From assembly GCA_951406725.2 (NCBI GenBank), contig OX597830.1, positions 54,064,001 to 54,128,000 on the forward strand: DNA of 64,000 bases. Direction: 5' to 3'. Below the pieces are notes generated by a model. It was not told the DNA's origin. It did no database searches and saw only the letters and a program-made list of their open reading frames with translations. Within the stretch, counting starts at the first letter, position 1, and every line of letters begins with the position of its first letter. The stretch is from Octopus vulgaris (Eukaryota). Positions 53,441-64,000 of the stretch are shown here, piece after piece. The position numbers and the translations under genes were made by a program.

Positions 53441-53558
53441 AATACCTTAGGAATGAAAACCTGATGAAGGCTGGAGGGTATACCAGCTGAAATGGTGTGT
53501 TAACAACAAACAAGAAGAGGACAAATGTCTGTCAATTGTAAAAAATGTACATAATTCC
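53441..53558 (+). mobile_element. Third, tail-only copy of the hammerhead-tailed family
   Basis: accttaggaatga..CTGATGA aggctgg..ccagct GAAA..aacaacaaacaag, flanked by (TA)n. Confidence 0.7.
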
Positions 53559-53821
53559 TTTTATATACATATATATATATATGTCCAACCCATGCTAGCA
53601 TGGAAAACGGACGCTAAACAATGATGATGATGATGATGATATATATATATATATTTGGCGTTAGGAAGGGCATCCAGCCGTAGAAACACTGCCAGATCTG
53701 ACTGGGCCTGATGAAGCCTTCCAGCTTCACAGACCCCAGTTGAACCATCCAACCCATGCTAGCATGGAGAACGGACGCTAAATGATGATGATGATGATGA
53801 TGATGATTATATATATATATA

Positions 53822-54035
53822 CTTTATTTAAAGCAGCAGAAAATTCAACAAAACCTGGGTTTCCCATTGCCGTTCGTTGGACATTCTAGCAAAAACTGTC
53901 CGACGAACGGCAACGGGAAACTCAGAGTAACAGGTTTTGTTGAATTTTCTGCTGCTTTAAATAAAGCATATTACTCTACCACTGGTATTTGAGTACTCTT
54001 TTTTCCACCTTGTTTCACATTTATGTGTTTACTCC

Positions 54036-54038
<3 letters not shown>
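53822..54038 (+). mobile_element. Short Penelope-like element forming a hairpin (53822-53966), between (TA)n tracts
   Basis: ctttatttaaagcagcagaaaattcaacaaaacctg perfectly inverted at 53931-53966. Confidence 0.7.
53895..53933 (+). ncRNA. Hammerhead-like variant (core CCGACGA), same family as 23774-23815
   Basis: actgt CCGACGA acggcaacgg GAAAC TCAGA GTA acagg. Confidence 0.55.
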
Positions 54039-54074
<36 letters not shown>

Positions 54075-54973
54075 ATTAGTGAATTGAAGAAATGGAGTTG
54101 AACGAAGATTGAACAGAAATCGTTTTATTGCATTCTACACGTGTTTCGAAAGGCACAATTTACCAAATTATTATTCATCTTTCTATTTCACAAAATATAC
54201 ATATATATATATATGTCTGTCTGTATGTATGTATGTATACATGCTAATATTGGTTCCAGGTTTTGGCACTGAGCCAGCAATTTTAGGGGAGGGATAAGTT
54301 AGTTATGTCCAGTATTCAACTGGTACTCATTTTATTGACCCCAAAGGGATGAAAGGTAAAGTTGAATTTGAACTCAGAATGTGAAGATGAACAAAATGCT
54401 GTATGTTGCCCAGTGTGCTAATGATTCTGCCATCTCACTGCCTTTATATATGCTAAAAATTGGACAGTGAGAAAGAGTGCTCAACACCGGTTTGGTTTTT
54501 GAGCAGGTATATGATCAAAAATGTCTTTTACCTTCTGGAGAAGTAACTCTAAATCATACAATCTAATGTGCTTTTTTCTCTAAGATGTTAGGTTGTGATT
54601 TTGAGATTTAGCTGCTGTTTCTGGTATACCATGTGACTACAGAGAAGTAACATATGAGTAAGACTATTTAGCATGTGAGTCTTCAAACATGTGATATTGT
54701 TCAAAATTCTTGAGAACTTTTTTATTTGAGAGTGTCATATTGGGATGCATTTGAAGATGACAAAATGTAAACAGAATGAATAACACATACACACAAATGT
54801 ATTCCACACACACACACACACTCAAACACATATGTGTATGTATGCTCATTTCTACATATCTACATACATATATATACAAATAAATACGGTTAAATATTTC
54901 TGCAAATATAAACATACATTCATATATCATTGACATTTAACATCCTTTTCCAATACTGGTGTACATTTATGTA

Positions 54974-55010
<37 letters not shown>

Positions 55011-55455
55011 TCTGTCAATCCTTAAATACATTCATTCATACATATGTTATGTACAAGCAAGCACATACACACGCACACACATATATATATGTATATAAAA
55101 AACCCTGGCACCTGTGCCGGTGGCACATAAAAAGTACCATCCATATGTGGCCGATGCCAGCGCTGCCTTGACTGGCTTCCGTGCCAGTTACACATAAAAA
55201 CCACTAACTGATCGTGGTCATTGCCAGCCTCCCCTTGCACCTGTGCCGGTGGCACGTAAAAAGCACCCACTGCACTCACGGAATGGTTGGCGTTAGGAAG
55301 GGCATCCAGCTGTAGAGACACTGCCAGATCAGACTGGTGCCTGGTGCAGCCTCCATGGCTTACCAGACCCCGGTCGAACCATCCAACCCATGCTAGCATG
55401 GAAAACGGACGTTAAACGATGATGATGATGATGATGATGACACACACACACACAT

Positions 55456-55786
55456 ACTGTATATGATGGTCTATAAGACACACCATTTTTTAACCCCAAC
55501 ATGGCTTAAAAAATCCCCCTGCATCCAATGCACTCAATGTAGGCTCAAAACTCACTCACAATGGTATGTATGTTTACAAAATGTGTGCTGCCATCTATTG
55601 GTGAACAATCGCCTATGGTATATTTATATCAAATGTGGATGCAATAAATTGCTTGTAATTTTTACCAGTTATAACATAAAGTCATACAGGTAAGTGGAGG
55701 AATTAAAACATTATTTTAGTGGTAATTTATTTTACAAAAGTATAGCCTAGGCTAGGCTGTGTCTTATAGGCCATCAATTACTGTAT
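55456..55786. mobile_element. MITE with TA-flanked imperfect TIRs
   Basis: tactgtatatgatggtctataagacaca ... tgtgtcttataggccatcaattactgta. Confidence 0.6.
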
Positions 55787-56304
55787 ACCCACACATATAT
55801 ACTGTTGACAGTATAAAAGCATATTATACATGTCTTGAGGTGAGATGAATATCATCACAATTGAGACCCACAAGCATTTAAGACTGATGCATTAATAGGT
55901 ATTTTAGCCTAATGCTACTTCAACTACATACAGCAAATTTTTATTCAGCCCAGTGAATGTATTGTTTTCTATACATCAGAGGGGATAAATGTCATCAAGA
56001 CATGTGACATGTGACTACTCAGCTAGGCATGTGACATGTGACTAGTCATCTTGACGTGTGACATGTGTCATTGACAAGGGTTCAAGAAAGACAAAATACA
56101 GCTGGTGTTGTCATAGGCCACTGCTGGGACATTATCTCACTATGTTCTATATTGTACTTTTAACAAATTATGACTGTGAAGAGATTTTGGTGGTGGTGGA
56201 GGATTTGGTGATAGTGGTGGTGCAGTTGGTTGTGGTGGCGATGTTGTTGTTGGTGATGGTGGTGGTGGTGCTGCTGCTGGTGATGGAGGTGATGGTGTTA
56301 GTGC

Positions 56305-56335
<31 letters not shown>

Positions 56336-57037
56336 GGCACTTATGTTGATGGTGATAGTGATGGTGGTGGTGATGGTAATGCTGGTGATGGTGATGATGT
56401 TGGTGATGGTGGTGATGATAACGGTAATGGCAATGATGGTGATAATATATTTGAAACAAAATTCTGAGTGGTTTTATATTAAGACAGTGATAGAAAATCA
56501 ACGTTCTCCTCCGTAAAACTTTTCTTCATTTTCATTTGTAGACAACATTATTCTAAGGCCTGCAACCAACATGAAACCTCATTTGTCATGATAGTTGCAT
56601 TTCCATATTTAGATAATCACAATGTATTATACTTCATTACCCCAGAAGAGTTGCAATTCTTTTTTTTTTTAATGGGAATGTAATGGGGACATATATATTG
56701 TTTGCTGTATCATGCTACTATTGTTTTATGGTTAACTTCAATTTGCAACTTTCATAAATGCCAACTACTACACAGTGTGGACTGGGTGCATTTTAAGTGG
56801 CACCTTCTCTGGCCGGGGTCACCAAGTGATTTTGCAAGACAAAGAGTGTTTGAGAGGGGAAAGGCCATTGCAGGAGGTGATCTTGTGTCAGATGATGAAA
56901 TATAAGAATGGGACAAGAATGCAAAACATCCAGACAGTTAGGTGATACAAAAAAAGGAGAGCAAAAGAACGATACCTTGATATTTGATAAACAGAGGATT
57001 ATTTCTATATGTTATAATTTAGAACAAACAGTAAACG

Positions 57038-57115
57038 GTTGCCATTATAGTACTTAGAGTTTCGAATGTCAGAGCAGAGAGCTATGATACATTCTTGTCA
57101 GCTATTAATGGCAAC
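57038..57115 (-). ncRNA. Hammerhead motif with long stems I/II and a G8A core change
   Basis: gttgccatt-aatag CTGACAA gaatgt..acattc GAAAC TCTAA GTA ctat-aatggcaac. Confidence 0.62.
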
Positions 57116-57322
57116 AGATGCTATATAATTCGATCAGAAGTTATGTTAGCCTCATGAAGGGATGGTGTCATCCAAGGAAATACCGGTTCAATACCTAATA
57201 TTTGTTGGGGAACGGGGTTCCTTGAAATAATAGGTATGTATATGAAAACTTGTAGTTTATATTCATATAAAAGAAGAAGAAGAAAATGGAGATTATGAAG
57301 TTAATAAGAGTTTATTATCAAC

Positions 57323-57725
57323 AGGAGTGACTGTGTGGTAAGTAGCTTGTTTACCAACTACATGGTTCCGGGTTCAGTCCCACTGCGTGGCACCTTGGGC
57401 AAGTGTCTTCTGCTATAGCCTCGGGCCGACCAAAGCCTTGTGAGTGAATTTGGTAGATGGAAACTGAAAGAAGCCTGTCGTATATATGTATATATATATG
57501 CGTGTGTGTGTTTGTGTGTCTGTGTTTGTCCTCCTAGCATTGCTTGACAACCGATGCTGGTGTGTTTACGTCCCCGTTACTTAGCGGTTCGGCAAAAGAG
57601 ACCGATAGAATAAGTACTGGGCTTACAAAAGAATAAGTCCCAGGATCGATTTGCTCGATTAAAGGCGGTGCTCCAGCATGGCCGCAGTCAAATGACTGAA
57701 ACAAGTAAAAGAGTAAAACAGAGTA
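57323..57725 (+). mobile_element. SINE family A
   Basis: Full-length copy; inverted partner at 58277-58567. Confidence 0.85.
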
Positions 57726-57872
57726 TAGCTGTTTCAATTATGCAGATTGAGTTAATTAAATATTAAGTTCATATTTCTGAGCATAATCTCTTCAGGGGGA
57801 ACAAAAATATACCAACAGATATTTATATGTTTGTTTATGGATTCATTATAGCAAATATATAAACAAACATTT

Positions 57873-57972
57873 GGACATCATCTCCAGCCGGCTACATGAC
57901 ACGATCTGTGTCCTTATACGTTTGAAAGTATAAGGACACTGATCATGTCATGTAGCTGGCTGGAGACAATGT
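57873..57972. repeat. ~45-bp-arm hairpin (palindromic MITE core)
   Basis: tctccagccggctacatgacacgatctgtgtccttatac / gtataaggacactgatcatgtcatgtagctggctggaga; half copy at about 37715-37763. Confidence 0.8.
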
Positions 57973-59199
57973 CTCTCTCTCAGGGCTGAATTGCAGCAGC
58001 ATTCGTCCTAAACCAGGACTGCTATGTTATGTTGGCAAAAATCTTTCCTCCAAAGTACTGTTGCTGAATATCTCTCGTTGTGAGATTTAAAAATAGTGTT
58101 TTTCTTTTAACTTTCTTCCAACCTCACTTGTGTCATGTAGTTTGCGGAAAGGTGAAATTAGAAACATTTTCTGGCCACAGGTTTCTATCTGTTCACTCAA
58201 TGGAATTTGGTGAACATCGGTGTTCTGGATTGTGTTCTGTTGATGGGTTCGACTGGATATGTTTTGTCTATTACTGCTCTCTTTTGCCGAACCGCTAAGT
58301 TACGGGGACGTAAACACACCAGCATTGGTTGTCAAGTAATGTTGGGGGGACAAACACAGACACACCAACACATACACATACATATATATACATATAAATA
58401 TATACGACGGGCTTCTTTCAGTTTCCGTCTACCAAATCCACTCACAAGGTTTTGGTTGGCCCGAGGCTATAGTAGAAGACACTTGCCCAAGTTGCCATGC
58501 AGTGGGACTGAACCCGGAACCATGTGGTTGGTAAGCAAGCAACTTACCACACAGCCTCTCCTGTGCCTATATATATAAGCAAAAATGCTCGTTTTAAAAT
58601 CTCTTTTAGTGATCATAGCAGTAGTTGTACTAACAAGAAATATTGGTAGCCACTTCAACGTGGCTCTCTGTTCGAATGGACTTTACTGTGGTTAAAGATA
58701 ATATAATATATTAAATATATTGTGATATAAGTGGCACATCATCATCATTTAACATCCTCTGTCCATGTTGGCATCGATTGGATGGTTTGACAGGAGCTGA
58801 CCAGATGGGAGCCTGCACCATGGTTCTGAGTGTGCTTTGGCATGATTTTTATGGCCGGATGGCCTTCCTAAGACCAACCACTCCACTGAGTGGGCTGAGT
58901 GCTTTCTACATGGCACTTGCATGGGTGAGGTCAGTTTTGGCGTGGTTTGTACAGCCGGATACCCTTCCAAAATGCCAACTACTTTACAGTGTAGACTGGG
59001 TGCATTTTAAGTGGTGCCTACTCTGGCGGGGGTCGCCAAATGATTTTGCAAGACAAAGGATCTTTGAGAGGGGAAGGGAGCATTGGAGGAGGTGATCTTG
59101 AGTCAGATGATGAAAGGTTATAGTGAGACGGAGAGACAGAAACAGATATCTTGCTGTTGAGGAGGTCCAGAGTTACCCAGCCAGAGAGAGAGAGAGAGG

Positions 59200-59259
<60 letters not shown>

Positions 59260-59616
59260 GAGAAAGAGAGTGAGAGAAAGAGACTGAGAGTTAGCAAGAA
59301 TGAAGGCAGAAACAGTTACCTAAAGCGAGAGTGGGAGTTACCAAGAGGTGTGCTGCTGTAAAGGAGATACATGGTTACCTAACCAGAGGTAAGGAATCAA
59401 GAATGAAGACAGGGACATGTTTGTTGCTGTAGAGGAGAAAAGTAATTACTCAGCCAGAGGTGGGGGGGGGAGGCGAGCAAGGGAAAGAGAGAGAGAGAGA
59501 AAGTAGGAGACAGCAAGAGCAGGAGAGGGATGGCAGCAAGTGCCTGGGTATGCTTGCAGAGAATGGGGATACATATATGCATAATAATATAAATATTATG
59601 TAAATATATGCATATG

Positions 59617-59671
<55 letters not shown>

Positions 59672-59893
59672 TAATATATATATATATATATGCAGTCTAC
59701 AAAAAGTGTTGAATACAGTTTACAGTTTAATGTTAGATAAATTTTATTCTAAAGAGACATAAAAAAAAAAAAACATGAATAAAAATCTCGACTAAAGGCA
59801 GTGCTCCAGGATGGCCGCAGTCAAATGACTGAAACAAGTAAAAGAATAAAGGAGTATATATGTACACACGTGTATGTGTGTACATACATACAG

Positions 59894-59934
<41 letters not shown>

Positions 59935-60014
59935 CATATACATACAAACTCACACATATATACATAAATATATGTATATAATATGTGTGTGTGTATGTGT
60001 ATTTATGTGTGTAT

Positions 60015-60815
<801 letters not shown>

Positions 60816-61173
60816 CATGTATGTGCGTATATAGATATGTGTATGAACCTTTTTTGTGCTCATGTGTGTGTGCGAGCGTGTATGCGGGTATGTATATATT
60901 TTATGGTGAATGTGTGGGTGAGCATGTGTATGCTTCAAGTGAGGGTGGATTAGTATATACATGTAGGCACATGTACATGGGTGCGCAGGCCTGCATGTGT
61001 ATGTATGGACATGCATGCTTACGCGCTTACTATGAACATTTTTACTCCCTTACCTTTACTCCCCCCACTTACTTAGCTGTCATTCTAATAGCTCATTTGT
61101 CTTAATAACGGTCAATCACTCAGTAATTTCCCTTTTTTTTAACGGTCATTTTCATAGCATTTTTTTTTATGGC

Positions 61174-61237
61174 TGGATAACTGAAGAGATGCCGTCGTGG
61201 GTTTCCACCCTGACATCTGAAACTCAGAGTTTTTTCA
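61174..61237 (+). ncRNA. Hammerhead-like motif
   Basis: tggataa CTGAAGA gatg..catc t GAAAC TCAGA GTT ttttca; stem I weak. Confidence 0.5.
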
Positions 61238-61271
61238 TGGCTACTGAATAATTGTCACATATTATATTTAC

Positions 61272-61321
<50 letters not shown>

Positions 61322-61458
61322 GTATGTATATATATGTATATATATATGTATGTATGTTTAATTTATGCGAAAGGCAGAAGATGAAAGATATGAGAAGGTT
61401 TTTTGATCACTACAATTGTTTCAAACCATCTGACATCGATCACTCATGGTGTATACAT

Positions 61459-61530
<72 letters not shown>

Positions 61531-61556
61531 GTGTATATATATATATACATATATAT

Positions 61557-62430
61557 AGAGGGTGCAGTGAATATATTGTCTAAATTACGCAAAAATAAAA
61601 ATAACAGTGACATCTCATTTTAACAGATATATTTAGAAAAATTTCATAAAAATATCTTGAAATACTAAAGAATAAATTTATTCAATAAAATTGCCATTGG
61701 CTTCAACCATGACCTCCAGACGACTTTGGAATCTCCTGCAACTCTTCTTTCTGGACAGACTCCTCGTTTAAGTTGATGAATTATCATTACCCTTGCCTTC
61801 AGTTCATCTTCGGCTTTACAAGAAGTTTTGTTGGTCTCTCACTCAGCTACGCCCCACACATAATAATCAAGGTGACTGCAGTCTGAAGAGTCAGGTGGCC
61901 TGATGTTAGGGATGGTGTGGTTGCAGAAATTGACTGACAGCCATGATTGGATTCTCCTGCTTGTGTGGCATAGTGCAGAGTCCTGTTTCTGGACATAGGG
62001 TCTTCCAGCAGCCACCCTCTCGACCCAGCACAGCACTGCCTCCTCTCAGCATTTGAGGTCTACATCTGAAGTGAGTAAATGAATGGAGGCATAACATCAC
62101 CATCATTTGTGATCATGCCAAACACCATGATGTTGATTGGATGTTTGATTTTTATCACTCTTTGTACATGTTCTGGGGACACAGCAAGCCAATGGTTGTT
62201 CTGTGTGTTCACCATCTGATCCCGGCAGAAATGTTTCTGTTATGAGGAAAACCAAAACATGTTCGGTTTGAGGGAATGCTGGAGTTTGTTCAGAAGCTTT
62301 GTCGTGTGGTCTTTCCTCTGTCCTTGATGGCTTGGGATAGAAATTGTCCCTTTCTCATCTTGTATGAAGAATACCGAATGTCTTCATGCACTACCTGCCT
62401 GATAAGAAATTCAGACACTCCCATGTCCCT
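61557..62430 (-). pseudogene. Tc1/mariner (maT/DD37D-like) transposase remnant, 3' half
   Basis: QDSA.CHT and PPDSSDC..LDYYVWG motifs; TIR-like gagggtgcagtgaat after TA. Confidence 0.78.
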
Positions 62431-63169
62431 GTATGTATATCTTTATCTTTATATATAAATATTTATGTATACATACAAATATGTATACATATAAATATGT
62501 ATACACACGTGACATTGAACAAATTGGAGATAGAAAAGCAGGAATAAACACCTGACAAATCCACCTAATTAAGTTCCAACATATTCACCTGATATTTGAA
62601 ATGAACAACAATGTAATTGTTTACTGAAGTAAAAGGCAAGTAAATTAATGGAGAACAATAATCAATGATGCAATGGTGTGGTGATGGTGGGGGTGGAGCA
62701 AAGATATTTGGGTTTAATGAGAGGGAAGGAGAAGAGGAAACACAAAAGCTGTTACAATTATGACTCCTACTACTACTCCTCGGGCAAAATAAATAACAGA
62801 TTTAATTTCTGTGAGAGTCAGAGTGCATGCATATCATCATCATCGTCGTCGTCGTCATCATCATTATCATCACCACCACGACCATCATCATCATCATCAT
62901 CATGCTGGCATGGGTTGGACGATTTGAAAGGAGCTGGCCAAGCAGAAGACTTGCACTGGGCTTCTGTGTCAGTTTTGGTACAGTTTTTTATGGCTGGATG
63001 CTCTTCCTAACACCAACCATCCAGCAGAGTGGCCTGTATATATTGCATTGTTTGTTTTTAAGTTTGTTAGCTACACAGTATAGTAGGGTCAATTGGGCAC
63101 TGTCCGTGAGAAAAACAGCACCGTGACGCAATTCACTCTGCCAGGAATTTTGAAACAACATGCTGTACT

Positions 63170-63832
63170 GCTTAGCATTCATGCCAGTAGCTACAATACG
63201 AAGTGCTGGAAGCTCCAGTATGAACATGTACTGAGAGTGATAACAATCAAATATCCAGTCAATATTATGGTGTTTGGACTGATCACAAGTGATGGTGATG
63301 TTATGCCTCCATTTATCTTCCCACATGGCCTCAGATGTAGGCCTCAACACGGAGGCCTACATCAAGTGCCTGAAGGTGGTAGTGTTACCCTGGGTCAAGA
63401 GGGTGGCTGCTGGAAGGCCCTTTATCTGGTAACAAGACTCTGCACCATGCCACACAAGCAGGAGAACCCAGTCATGGCTGTCAGACAATTTCTGCAATCA
63501 CCTGCCTCCCCAGACTGCAACCACCTCGATTATTATGTGTGGGTTGCAGTTGAGTGAGACCAACAAAACACCAAAGATGAACTGAAGGCAAGGATTATGG
63601 CAGCATTCACCAACTTAAACAAGGAGACCGTCCAGAAAGAAGAGTTGCAGGAGATTCCAAAGTCGTCTGGAGGCCGTGGTTGAAGCAAATGATGATTTTA
63701 TTGAATAAATTTACTCTTTAGTATTTCAAGATATTTAAAGGTAATTTTGGTAAATTAATCTGTTAAAATGAGATGTCAGTGTTATTTTCATTTTTGAGTA
63801 ATTTATACAGTAGTTCATTCATTGCACCCTGT
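63170..63832 (+). pseudogene. Tc1/mariner (maT-like) remnant, 3' half, opposite orientation
   Basis: IMVFGLITSDGDVMPPFIF and SPDCNHLDYYVW; ends attcattgcaccctg-TA. Confidence 0.78.
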
Positions 63833-64000
63833 ATATGTGGTTAGCCATAACCTTGAACATAACTGAGAGCCACCACAGTATCCACCTGGATAATATGTCT
63901 CTCTAAACTCACACTACACATACACACACACACACACACATGCACACACACACACTCACACCTACACACATATGATGAGCTTCTTCCGGTTTTAGCCTAT

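Overview
AT-rich, microsatellite- and SINE-dense eukaryotic genomic DNA; the repeat landscape looks like an octopus/cephalopod genome (inference, not searched). One protein-coding gene is supported: a GTP-dependent phosphoenolpyruvate carboxykinase (PEPCK) on the minus strand. It has 8 coding exons in the window (about 462 codons; GT-AG introns, phases checked by hand), including a 29-nt first coding exon 26 kb upstream that completes a mitochondrial-type N-terminus. The gene continues past the left edge. The rest is mobile DNA: several tRNA-derived SINE families, RTE/CR1/Tx1 LINE fragments, two Helitron MITE families, mariner/maT remnants and other MITEs. The least obvious signal is more than a dozen minimal hammerhead-ribozyme motifs (CUGANGA...GAAA, mostly with a palindromic stem III) in short Penelope-like, often inverted-repeat elements. 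The four with a canonical core inside the gene all lie on the PEPCK pre-mRNA strand. One family fuses a tRNA-derived Pol III head to a hammerhead-bearing tail. All RNA folds were read by eye; no folding or database search was run.
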